Assembly (NCBI GenBank): GCA_949498985.1
Contig: CATECQ010000008.1
Location: forward strand, 11,586 to 75,585
DNA length: 64,000 nt
DNA from: Glaciecola sp. HTCC2999
GTDB taxonomy: Bacteria; Pseudomonadota; Gammaproteobacteria; Enterobacterales; Alteromonadaceae
Direction of reading: 5' to 3'
Under the pieces are notes generated by a model. That model was not told where the DNA came from and ran no database searches. It was given only the letters and a program-made list of their open reading frames with translations. Below, one piece after another: positions 9,253-18,338 of the stretch (position 1 is its first letter; each line of letters begins with the position of its first letter). A program made the translations under genes and the position numbers.

Positions 9253-10962
9253 TTAATTCAATAAATGACGACGACGATAACCAATACACACGCCTAAAAG
9301 CGCTAACCAATATAGGCTTAAACTACCGCCACTACCATCTGAACCAATCAGTGATGTTGTTGGTGTGTTGGTATTATTAGACGCACTCGTACTTGTAGTA
9401 GTATTACTCGTTGAAGTGTTCGTAGTGGAAGTGTTCGTATTGGTTGAACCACTAGTGCTACCGGTGTTACCTGTCGATGCTGAGCCAGTGTTCGTGGAAG
9501 AAGTTGTATTTTCAGTAGACTCTACGTTCTTGCTAAAATAAATATTATCTAAATATACTGTCCCGCTGCCAGTGACCTTAAGCTGAAAGGTATTGGTTAA
9601 ATCGACTACCGATGCGTATTCAGATAAAGGAATGACGACTTGTTGCCATGTCCCCAGTTCTAACGCTACCGAAACTGGAGTTTCTTGCGGACCAGGACTA
9701 ATTAAATACATTGCTAAAGCAGAGGCATCGTTAGTCCAATAATCAAAATGTAAATTATCCATATCCGTTACGTCTTGGCGATTATCACCAAAATCCGTGC
9801 CTTGATAATTTAACCCTGAATATTTTAAAACCGTGTCACCTTCGTATTGGACTTGAGTCACTTGTGTGGCTTGCCCCCAATCTGGGTCGTAGTCAATCAT
9901 GGCGATGTTATCATACCAATCGCTAAATAATGCAATCACATTCTCAGATGCTGCCTCAGGTTCAGGCGCTGCTTGTTGAGGTTCTTCAAACACTTCACAA
10001 CCGCGGCTATCAACACTGACATTAGCTGGCGTTGTCGGACATTGATCAACCGAATCCGCGACACTATCACCATCTGCATCAGCAACCATCGGAGTCGTTT
10101 CATTACAACCTGTTGCGCCGTTGGCAGAACTAGCAACACAATGCGCGACATAATCTACTTCCATCGTCGCGGTATCCAGTGTCGGGTCAATTGCCCCACC
10201 AATATTGCCACCCATTGCTACATTAATTAGGACAAACATCGGCTCTTTGTATTGCGGACAAGCAGAAATGTCATGCTCCACAACCATCTGCTCATTTAAA
10301 AAGAATTTGATATTGTCAGGCGTCCATTCAATCGCATAGACGTTAAAATCTTGCACGTCAGATGTACCACCTGGGTATTGAGGACGGAATTCACCGCCAC
10401 AACCACCAGTATTAAAAAAATTGGTGATATAACTACTGCCATTACGACCATACCATTCCCAAATATCAATTTCGCCGGCACCAGGGTTTGGCCAATTGAC
10501 CGTATCATTATCTCCTTTAATGGGTTGTTCTGCGATCCGATTTTCTAATGCCCAAAATGCTGGCCAAGTCCCCCCTCTTAATTCTTCAAATTTAATACGC
10601 GCTTCGATTCGACCGTACAAAAACTCTGCTTTGTCTTTGCTGTTTAAGCGTCCAGAAGTCCAAGGGCGATTAATATTATTTAACCCTTCGCAATTCACTG
10701 CACCGCGACGAGCAATAATTTTCAAAGTTCCATTGGAAACATCATAGTTACGTAATGCAGAACTATCATCGTCGGTATAACATTGAATTTCATTATTATA
10801 ATTAGCGTTGGTTTGTGCAGTCCAATTATTCCAATTGACTGATGTTCCATCAAATCGTTCTATCCAAGTTGCTTCCCAACCTGCTTGGGCATTAGCGAGC
10901 GGGAGTGTCACCAGTGTCCACACACTCAATATGATGAAGTTCTTACGCAGTAAAGCTTTCAT
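9253..10962 (-). CDS. Secreted GH16 beta-glucanase (laminarinase-like) with TSP3-like repeat, accessory domain, Ser/Thr linker and GlyGly-CTERM tail
   Basis: Signal peptide; catalytic GEIDIWE; WPAFW; DADGDSVADSVDQCP; S/T-rich linker; C-terminus GSGGSL + TM + RRR. Confidence 0.87.
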   Translation of the reverse strand: MKALLRKNFIILSVWTLVTLPLANAQAGWEATWIERFDGTSVNWNNWTAQTNANYNNEIQCYTDDDSSALRNYDVSNGTLKIIARRGAVNCEGLNNINRPWTSGRLNSKDKAEFLYGRIEARIKFEELRGGTWPAFWALENRIAEQPIKGDNDTVNWPNPGAGEIDIWEWYGRNGSSYITNFFNTGGCGGEFRPQYPGGTSDVQDFNVYAIEWTPDNIKFFLNEQMVVEHDISACPQYKEPMFVLINVAMGGNIGGAIDPTLDTATMEVDYVAHCVASSANGATGCNETTPMVADADGDSVADSVDQCPTTPANVSVDSRGCEVFEEPQQAAPEPEAASENVIALFSDWYDNIAMIDYDPDWGQATQVTQVQYEGDTVLKYSGLNYQGTDFGDNRQDVTDMDNLHFDYWTNDASALAMYLISPGPQETPVSVALELGTWQQVVIPLSEYASVVDLTNTFQLKVTGSGTVYLDNIYFSKNVESTENTTSSTNTGSASTGNTGSTSGSTNTNTSTTNTSTSNTTTSTSASNNTNTPTTSLIGSDGSGGSLSLYWLALLGVCIGYRRRHLLN

Positions 10963-10972
10963 TTTGTAGGTT

Positions 10973-12211
10973 CTAACCTTTATATAATTGAGTATGAAGT
11001 GCATTTTTATATGCCTCATACCCTGGAAAAATAGACACCACTAACGTGGCAATAAACACCATCCCAACCATCATGATTATCTCTGGTGAGAGAATGTTAT
11101 GACTTAAAAACAAACCAAATTCAGCCGCTAAAAAGTCTTTTAAACTTAGCAATGCTAAAGTTAATACTCCCATTGCAGTCATCACTGATAATGCAACCAA
11201 AATGAGTGCTTCTAATAAAATCAGGATTAAGATTACCATAGGACCTGCACCAAGAACACGTAATACTGCAATTTCGCCCCGCCGCTCGTTCATCGATGCT
11301 AACAACATGGTAGCCAAACCAAATAATGATGAAATAAGGACCAAGAGCGCAATGACCCTTAAGAGGTTTTCTACAGTAGACATCAAACTCCATAACTCCG
11401 CCATCGCCACGCCCGGCAATATTGCCATCAAGCGATCATCAGGGTAATTATTGATATTACGTTGCAATGTAAACGTGGCAAATTTATTAGTTAACCCCAG
11501 CATCACCGAGGTGATATTATCCGGTTGTGGGGCTAAATCGTGATTTGCGATGACCGCTGTAAGCTTATTAGGCGATAAATGGATCGCTTCAAGTGCACGC
11601 AAACGAATATGGACCGTTTTATCCACCGGCGTGCCAGTGGGTGCTAAAATACCGCGAATAACAAAAGGCGAAGTATCATGATGAGTGAAGCTCGTTGCAC
11701 CCATTCCATGTGAAATTACAATCTTATCACCTAATTTATATTGAAGTGTGTCAGCAACATCGGCACCAATGACCGTTTCAAATAAATGCTCAAACGGCTC
11801 CCCAGTGTTAAATGTTAACGGCTGTTTATTCCCGTAACGAAAGTGCTCAAAATACGCTTCATCCGTACCCATTACACGAAAACTACGATGCGAATCACCT
11901 AAGGCAATGGGGATGGCCCACTTAACTAAATCATGCTCTTTGAACATATTATAGCTTTCGAATGCAATATTATTAGTGGGACTGCCCATTCTAAAGACCG
12001 AATACAATAACAAATTTAATTGGCCACTGGGTGCCCCAACGATCAAATCCACTCCCGAGATAGTGCGATTAAAACTGTCCTTTGCTTGTAAGCGAATATG
12101 CTCAACACTGAGCAACACCACAATACTGATCACCAATGAACAAAACGTCAATAACACCGTTTTTTTGCGGCTCAATAAACTATGCCATGCTACAGAAATT
12201 AAGGTATTCAT
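10973..12211 (-). CDS. ABC transporter permease (MacB/FtsX type) of a zrg-like zinc cluster
   Basis: DLIVGA..GQLNLLLYSVFRMG, AIPIALGDSHR, SHGMG..HH, TGTPVD, ERRGEIAVLR. Confidence 0.85.
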   Translation of the reverse strand: MNTLISVAWHSLLSRKKTVLLTFCSLVISIVVLLSVEHIRLQAKDSFNRTISGVDLIVGAPSGQLNLLLYSVFRMGSPTNNIAFESYNMFKEHDLVKWAIPIALGDSHRSFRVMGTDEAYFEHFRYGNKQPLTFNTGEPFEHLFETVIGADVADTLQYKLGDKIVISHGMGATSFTHHDTSPFVIRGILAPTGTPVDKTVHIRLRALEAIHLSPNKLTAVIANHDLAPQPDNITSVMLGLTNKFATFTLQRNINNYPDDRLMAILPGVAMAELWSLMSTVENLLRVIALLVLISSLFGLATMLLASMNERRGEIAVLRVLGAGPMVILILILLEALILVALSVMTAMGVLTLALLSLKDFLAAEFGLFLSHNILSPEIIMMVGMVFIATLVVSIFPGYEAYKNALHTQLYKG

Positions 12212-12942
12212 GCCTTACCCTCCGTTGCTTTAACTACCTGATTAACAGCGTACGGAGCTAGGTGTGACGACTCTTCATTAAGTTCAGTTAAATCAACTTT
12301 ACGCTCAAAGTACTCCCCTAACACCGCGTCATGACTCACAAAGATCAAACTGGTTTGATTCTCCTCACAGATCTGCATCAATAAGTGCATAAATGCATCT
12401 CGGGCTGAGGCATCTAACGCTGAAGTGGGTTCATCGACCAATAATAGTTTGGGCTGATTAATCAAAGCTCGCGCAATGGCGACACGTTGCTGCTGACCAA
12501 CACTGAGTTGATTGACTTGTTGGTGTAATATCTCTACCGGAAGTCCTAGCGTATTGATTAATGCTTCAGCGCGAGATAATACTCCTGGTGCTTGGTGACC
12601 TGAGGATGTTGCAAAATAGGCGGCAAGTTGGATATTTTTAAATACCGTTAGGTATGAGATTAAATTAAACTGTTGGAAAACAACCCCAATATGTTGCGCT
12701 CTAAACGTATCTCTTTGCCGAGCAGTAAGCGCTGCAATATTGTGACCAAATAATTCAATACTGCCAGCAGTGGGCATTAAGATCCCGCATAATAAATTTA
12801 ATAGTGTTGTTTTGCCCGAACCTGAAGCACCGTACAAAAATACGCGTTCACCTTGATGCAATGACCATCGAGGGATCGACAAGATCGATTTATCTGTTTG
12901 ATAACCATAACTTAGCCTGTTAAGCGCAATAGCGGCAGTCAT
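12208..12942 (-). CDS. ABC transporter ATP-binding protein of a zrg-like zinc cluster
   Basis: GASGSGKTT, LSVGQQQRVAIARAL, DEPTSALD; ATG 12942 has GGAG upstream. Confidence 0.88.
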   Translation of the reverse strand: MTAAIALNRLSYGYQTDKSILSIPRWSLHQGERVFLYGASGSGKTTLLNLLCGILMPTAGSIELFGHNIAALTARQRDTFRAQHIGVVFQQFNLISYLTVFKNIQLAAYFATSSGHQAPGVLSRAEALINTLGLPVEILHQQVNQLSVGQQQRVAIARALINQPKLLLVDEPTSALDASARDAFMHLLMQICEENQTSLIFVSHDAVLGEYFERKVDLTELNEESSHLAPYAVNQVVKATEGKA

Positions 12943-12970
12943 AAATGACACTCCGTAGTCTATTATTATT

Positions 12971-12987
12971 GAGTGATGTTATAACAT
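12971..12987. promoter_or_regulatory. Zur-box-like operator in the divergent promoter region
   Basis: GA-GTGAT-GTT-ATAAC-AT fits GTTAT-N3-ATAAC with one mismatch; sits between zinc-cluster genes. Confidence 0.7.
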
Positions 12988-13064
12988 CGGTATTGTTTTG
13001 GGTCATTATTATATGTAATACTTGAATTTACAATCATCAACACACTTTAGGATGTTGGCTTGCA

Positions 13065-13637
13065 ATGAAAAGGCTGAAAATACCGCAATTATGTTTTATG
13101 TTAGTGAGTATTTTGGGAACCATAATATTTCCAGCAGTTCACGCTAAAGACTATATTGATATTGAATGGACTCAGCTCATCCCTGCGGATGATTTAGCCG
13201 CATTAATGAATCCCCCAGACTTCATTGTTGATATTGAAGATGGAACGGCTCAAGACAATGTTGGCGCATTAAGTGAGCTAGGTGATGGCAACGAGGTCGC
13301 AATGCGATTTCAAGCCGCATTACAATCCAACCGAGTGATTGACGCTTTTAATGATCAAAATATTCGTTTGCCTGGATTTATCGTACCCATCGCCTCTGAT
13401 GAAAACCAACAGGTAACCGCATTTTTTATCGTTCCGTATTTTGGGGCATGTTTACATCTCCCTCCACCACCCCCTAATCAAATTATTTATGTGGAATATG
13501 CACAAGGTATTGCAGTACCCAATATTCAAGCGCCATTTTGGTTTACTGGTACAATCATAATAGACCAAAATGAAAACGAATTAGGGACTTCCGCTTATAC
13601 TATGCAAATTGATAGTATTACTCCTTATGAGGGTTAA
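13065..13637 (+). CDS. DUF3299 family periplasmic protein (zinc cluster)
   Basis: IRLPGFIVP, FFIVPYFGACLHLPPPPPNQIIYV; signal peptide. Confidence 0.85.
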   Translation: MKRLKIPQLCFMLVSILGTIIFPAVHAKDYIDIEWTQLIPADDLAALMNPPDFIVDIEDGTAQDNVGALSELGDGNEVAMRFQAALQSNRVIDAFNDQNIRLPGFIVPIASDENQQVTAFFIVPYFGACLHLPPPPPNQIIYVEYAQGIAVPNIQAPFWFTGTIIIDQNENELGTSAYTMQIDSITPYEG

Positions 13638-13688
13638 TCCGGATTGTTAAAGGTCGTTCATAAAATGAGAAAAATGAGAAAAAACACG

Positions 13689-14168
13689 ATGAAAGCCAAA
13701 ATATTCGTCTACACATTACTGAGTGTCGGGCTGATGATAGCTAGCCCGATTAGTTTTGTGTACGCTTGTGATTTTCACGACCAGCCTTCCTTTGGTGGAT
13801 TTAGAAGTATGGGCGGGTTTGCTCAGTCGCACCCGTTGATGAAACAGCATATTAATCAAGCCAACTCACCGCAGTTGACTTTGACTCATGAACGCATATT
13901 GAAAGCTGCACTAGCGAAACCTGACAGTATCGATATAACCTATCACTTACCCGTGAATTTTAAAGATGCCTCGTTACGATTTACCCACAGTGAAGGAATT
14001 GAATTAGACATACAAAGTAAAGTTGCCATCGAAAAGTTAAATGGCACCTATACTCTCAATTATGTCGCGAACAAACCCGGTAAACATCATATCCTGGTAT
14101 GGGCCGACGCAACAAAACAAACCTTACCGTTTTCAAAAGTCCAGCGCATTGAACTTGAAGTTAATTAA
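13689..14168 (+). CDS. Secreted hypothetical protein with N-terminal CxxH
   Basis: Signal peptide ending VYA, then CDFH; beta-rich C-terminus. Start uncertain. Confidence 0.65.
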   Translation: MKAKIFVYTLLSVGLMIASPISFVYACDFHDQPSFGGFRSMGGFAQSHPLMKQHINQANSPQLTLTHERILKAALAKPDSIDITYHLPVNFKDASLRFTHSEGIELDIQSKVAIEKLNGTYTLNYVANKPGKHHILVWADATKQTLPFSKVQRIELEVN

Positions 14169-14211
14169 TCGTTTAACTAGTGCTCACAGCAGATCATCAC
14201 AAAATAAGTGG

Positions 14212-14763
14212 TTACCAAGTCAATAGCGAGCTATCAGGTGTTAATACTGAAGCACTTTGGCTTTTGTCGATGATCCATTGAGTATGAAGAGTTGATAATG
14301 ATGGAGCGGTTAAGAACAGATTGATTTGCACTGATGCAATTTCCCTTGAACACTGGAACTCGAACGCGATCGTTATGTCCGAATGATTCATATGACCTTG
14401 ATGGCTCGCATGCTCATTAGGTGTATCAGCCTTGGAATGCACTAACTTATCGTGTAGTTGATGCACAACCTTATCTAATTGACAATAATGAGGGAGCGTC
14501 AAAAATGGTGTCACTTTGGCAACATCTTGAATTAATTGGTGCAATGTGTCAGTTTGAGCCTGTGTTTGAGGAACGTGCTCAAATCCCAGAATATCAGCAG
14601 CAGGTAAAATAAATTCAAACCGCCAAGCATTGATATCTTGTGCGATAAGTAATTGCCCTTGTCCATGAACATGTCCATTATGTTGGGCAAAAACAGGCGA
14701 TACCACGCCAATATTGATTATTACACCAATAACGAAAGCGCCTAAAAAATATTTGAACATCAT
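14212..14763 (-). CDS. zrgA: DUF2796/ZrgA-like His-rich periplasmic zinc-uptake protein
   Basis: HNGHVHG, PAADILGFEH, His-rich loop, HSDI..F.C; signal peptide. Confidence 0.78.
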   Translation of the reverse strand: MMFKYFLGAFVIGVIINIGVVSPVFAQHNGHVHGQGQLLIAQDINAWRFEFILPAADILGFEHVPQTQAQTDTLHQLIQDVAKVTPFLTLPHYCQLDKVVHQLHDKLVHSKADTPNEHASHQGHMNHSDITIAFEFQCSREIASVQINLFLTAPSLSTLHTQWIIDKSQSASVLTPDSSLLTW

Positions 14764-14824
14764 AGGTAATTTCCTGGAAAAATTATTGAATATGAGTTTA
14801 CATGATATCACTTGCCTTTAACTC

Positions 14825-14841
14825 AATACCTAACATAACAT
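14825..14841 (-). promoter_or_regulatory. Degenerate Zur-box-like site upstream of the zrgA-like gene
   Basis: Minus strand ATGTTAT-GTT-AGGTATT: one perfect half-site. Confidence 0.4.
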
Positions 14842-14888
14842 AGTTTAGTCAAATGTGAAGTTACACACCAACGTTACCTCATTAAGGA

Positions 14889-15860
14889 ATGTATATGCCT
14901 GTCAATCATGTGATAAAAGCCGGTTTAATAACACTAAGTGTAGTGCTCAGCCAAGGATGTGTTGTGCACATTGAAGATAATCAATTTGATGAATTAGATT
15001 ATTTTCCTCAGCGAGAACTAGTGGATGCCTATGCGCCTTCTAAACTAACCGTTGCAACGTGGAATGTGGAACACCTCGCATATCCTATTGATACGGGCTG
15101 TAAACCTCGAACAGCGGTGCAGATTAATGCCATGCGTGAATATGTTCAGGATGTTGACGCGGATATTTTTGCACTCCAAGAAGTGGCCTCAGAGCGTGCG
15201 GTACGTTTGTTGTTTCCTGCTGACACTTGGCAAGTATTCATGTCCCCACGTCCCGACAGTGAAGCTTATGAATGTCGCGGTTCGGGTCAATCATCTACCC
15301 AACAAAAAGTAGCCTACGCGGTCAAAAATAATATTAAAGTGACACGTGCTCAAGAATTATCAGCATTAGGCCTCGACCAACCCGGCTTGCGCTATGGTCT
15401 AGAATTAGACATCCAATCTGAACTAGGCTCGGTGACATTATTAAATGTCCATATGAAAAGTGGCTGTTTTGTCGATAACTACCTTCGCTCAAACCGTGAA
15501 TCATGCCAAATCTTTGCTCAGCAAGCTCCTATCTTAGATGCTTGGGTCGAAGCACAAGAAAATAATGGCATTCAATATGTAATACTCGGTGATTTCAATC
15601 ATCGTCTCAGCGCACCATATAACCATTTAACTCGCCAATTGATGGCCAACTCTGATGGTTCTGAATCGTCGTTATATCACACAACAGCTCAACTCATAGG
15701 ATGCCATCCTTATTACCCGGCACCGATTGATTTGGTATTTGTTGGAGGAATGAAACAACGTCACTATGATTACGTGTATCAAGCACATACATTCGCTGAC
15801 ATGCAGCCCAAAGAGATGCTGAGCGACCATTGTGCCGTATCTTTAGAGATTAAAGAATAA
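14889..15860 (+). CDS. Endonuclease/exonuclease/phosphatase family lipoprotein
   Basis: Lipobox-like SQGC; ATWNVEHL, ALQEV, VHMKSGC, GDFN, SDHC. Confidence 0.85.
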   Translation: MYMPVNHVIKAGLITLSVVLSQGCVVHIEDNQFDELDYFPQRELVDAYAPSKLTVATWNVEHLAYPIDTGCKPRTAVQINAMREYVQDVDADIFALQEVASERAVRLLFPADTWQVFMSPRPDSEAYECRGSGQSSTQQKVAYAVKNNIKVTRAQELSALGLDQPGLRYGLELDIQSELGSVTLLNVHMKSGCFVDNYLRSNRESCQIFAQQAPILDAWVEAQENNGIQYVILGDFNHRLSAPYNHLTRQLMANSDGSESSLYHTTAQLIGCHPYYPAPIDLVFVGGMKQRHYDYVYQAHTFADMQPKEMLSDHCAVSLEIKE

Positions 15861-15882
15861 GAGAAAATAGGGTAAGGATTAA

Positions 15883-15932
15883 TGGTCGGTGTGAGAGGAT
15901 TTGAACCTCCGACCCCTGACACCCCATGACAG
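15883..15932 (-). repeat. att site: displaced 3' fragment of tRNA-Pro
   Basis: 48/50 identical to 22697-22746; spans anticodon stem to CCA. Confidence 0.95.
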
Positions 15933-16072
15933 AAATCAATAGTCTTTCATTGTTTTTCAATCTTTTTCAATTAACATCAAAACCCAATATAAATAAAGTC
16001 TAATGGGGTTAAAGGCAATCCTTTTAAAATATTTTTTATTGCAATTTATTTCATTTCACTTCACTTCACCAT

Positions 16073-16094
16073 AACACTGACTTTTCACTGATTT
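16073..16094 (+). repeat. Putative integrase arm-type site, left copy
   Basis: AACACTGACTTTTCACTGATTT, 20/22 identical to 22631-22652. Confidence 0.65.
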
Positions 16095-16102
16095 ATATTC
16101 TA

Positions 16103-17353
16103 GTGGTATTTATTTTGGCTAACATCACCAAGAAACAAATTGAAGATTGGAAAAAAGGGACAAAGAAATTCCTTTACTCCCCCTCAGTAAGTGGACTACG
16201 TGTAAAGAGAAATAAAAATTCTTTTGTGTGGGTGTTTGTTTATGGTGATAAACGCAAACCTAAAAACACTAGCGGTAACTACCCAGAAACAAGTTATACG
16301 ATTGGGAATATAGAGTTCATTTCAACAAGGGATGCAGAGATAAAAGCCTTTCTAATCAAATCTGAGATTGATAATGGTATCTATCCTGATTCACTTAAGT
16401 ATCCTAAAAACAATCAAATTACATTAGGAAATTATTTTACCGATTACTACCTTGATTACTGCCACAAATATCATACAGCAGGTTCTCAGGCAAACAATAT
16501 AAGAGTGTATTTCAAATCTCTTTGGAATAAACCACTTGCTCATTTTGATGCCAATACAATTCAAAATTGGTTTAACACCGTGAAGACTGCAGATGGAAAG
16601 AAGCCTGCACCTACCACTCTAAAACAGAGGTATGGTGCATTGATAAAGCTTTTTAGTGTAGCTAGCGGTATTACAGAATTTTACAAGGTTTTAGACGAAA
16701 ACCCCCTCGCATCAATCAGTCTTCCACAATACACAATCGAACAACTTCAAGCAATTCGTCAATCAAGAGAGGAATCCAAGAAATTAAGACGTGCCTTGTC
16801 ATTAGATGAAGTAACTAAACTAAGAAATGCTGTTAAAGAATATGGCAATGAAAAGAAAACAGTTGAAAATGAGTTAGTACCAAGATGGTTTAACCTCTAC
16901 TTTGAGTTTGCATACCTCCATGGATTTAGACCCAGCGATATAGTCAGTTTTAAATGGTCTCATATCAATGGAAGCATGATACGGTTCACTCCCGTCAAAA
17001 CACAAAATACCTCTCAAATTGAAATTATTGAAAATCTCTCTCCGAAATTGATACCAATGTTAACTGAATGGCGATCTAAAAATTCTTCGGAGTGGGTTTT
17101 CCCTAATAAATTCGATATTACGAGGCATATGGGAGACAAGCCTCACGACAAGGCATGGAAAGCTATAAAACAAATGTCTGGTCTAAATCTTCAATTTTAT
17201 ACATTAAGGCACAATTATGTTTCTCAAAAAATTATTCAAGGCACCCCATTGTATGCAATTGCTAGAGCAATTGGTCACACATCCACAAAACAGATTGAAC
17301 AACATTATGGACATTTAATTATTGATAGAAACAAATCAGGTGGCTTGGAGTAA
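16103..17353 (+). CDS. Tyrosine recombinase / integrase
   Basis: HGFRPSDI (R), PVKT (K), YTLRH, IGH..Y catalytic set; N-terminal arm-binding-like region. Confidence 0.92.
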   Translation: MVFILANITKKQIEDWKKGTKKFLYSPSVSGLRVKRNKNSFVWVFVYGDKRKPKNTSGNYPETSYTIGNIEFISTRDAEIKAFLIKSEIDNGIYPDSLKYPKNNQITLGNYFTDYYLDYCHKYHTAGSQANNIRVYFKSLWNKPLAHFDANTIQNWFNTVKTADGKKPAPTTLKQRYGALIKLFSVASGITEFYKVLDENPLASISLPQYTIEQLQAIRQSREESKKLRRALSLDEVTKLRNAVKEYGNEKKTVENELVPRWFNLYFEFAYLHGFRPSDIVSFKWSHINGSMIRFTPVKTQNTSQIEIIENLSPKLIPMLTEWRSKNSSEWVFPNKFDITRHMGDKPHDKAWKAIKQMSGLNLQFYTLRHNYVSQKIIQGTPLYAIARAIGHTSTKQIEQHYGHLIIDRNKSGGLE

Positions 17354-17357
17354 TACA

Positions 17358-18185
17358 ATGGATAGGTCTAAGATTGAAAAACTCAACAAAGACTGGCTTA
17401 AAAGTGAATTACCTCAACTATATTCGGCATCAGAAAAATATGAGATTGTAATAGATTTCTATAATGACCTTAGCAAGGCTTCTGTTGAATGCATCGGCGA
17501 TGAATATCACGGAACTATATTTTTACTCGGAACATCACTTAAAACTATTGCATGTCAACACTATTTAATGGCTTTAAAAGGGAATATTCATTCCGCATTA
17601 GCATGGTTCGGGTGCCTTGATTACATAAGTGGTCTTAATTTAGATAAATATAAAAAACCTATATTTAAGTTATTTACAATCTCGCCCAATGAAACTGTAA
17701 CCTCTTATAAAGATTATATGCTAAGTAAACGCCAGTTTTATTACATGTCTATTAGTGAATTGACACTATTAGGCTGCTCCAGAAAGGATGCTTGTAGAAG
17801 GGTGGCTTCAAGTTATTGGCTTGAAAAAAAGAACCTAAGACGCAATTTCCAAAATTTGTCATCATGTCAAATAGGTCAATGGATGCCTAATGCAGCAACT
17901 CTTCATGATCAGTACATAAAAGCTATGAAAAATTTTAGCGATAACAATATTAATATTGATTCTGATTATCCTTTCTTATATGCACATAAAGCTATGCTCG
18001 ATTTTAATGGAGTTATTAGACTCTGGGGTGTCATCATTTCAAGATACGGTTTAGATAACTCTTCTAACTATGATCAATTTGAACATAACTTTCTGAATTT
18101 TAAAATGCCCATTGAAAACAAGCCTGAAGTTTTAGGAAAACTTTACCTTAAAGGTCGACCTGAAACTTATAAAGAAAAAAGCTAG
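17358..18185 (+). CDS. Hypothetical protein following the integrase
   Basis: Long AT-rich ORF; ATG 17358 has GGAG upstream; no recognised motif. Confidence 0.75.
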   Translation: MDRSKIEKLNKDWLKSELPQLYSASEKYEIVIDFYNDLSKASVECIGDEYHGTIFLLGTSLKTIACQHYLMALKGNIHSALAWFGCLDYISGLNLDKYKKPIFKLFTISPNETVTSYKDYMLSKRQFYYMSISELTLLGCSRKDACRRVASSYWLEKKNLRRNFQNLSSCQIGQWMPNAATLHDQYIKAMKNFSDNNINIDSDYPFLYAHKAMLDFNGVIRLWGVIISRYGLDNSSNYDQFEHNFLNFKMPIENKPEVLGKLYLKGRPETYKEKS

Positions 18186-18338
18186 TTTTTTCACACTTTC
18201 CCTTATTACTCAAATAATCAGTTCTATTGTCAATAATTTTGGCGTCTTTATTGTCAGGCTTACAAAAGACGGTGAAAAGATGAGCTTATAAAAACAATAT
18301 GGATAATGAAATGGACTGAAACAATTAGAGGTTAATAG

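Noticed and set aside
9244-9260. CTGTATATAT, resembling a LexA half-site
   Set aside because: No ACAG second half at the correct spacing.
9350-9520. Low-complexity repetitive DNA (GTGTT/GTA-rich), possible repeat array
   Set aside because: It encodes the Ser/Thr/Asn linker of the GH16 protein; no repeat-spacer structure.
13662-13685. AAAATGAGA tandem duplication
   Set aside because: Only two short A-rich copies near an RBS; insufficient evidence for phase variation.
15883-15932. Second tRNA-Pro gene
   Set aside because: Lacks the D-arm and 5' acceptor strand; it is the att duplication.
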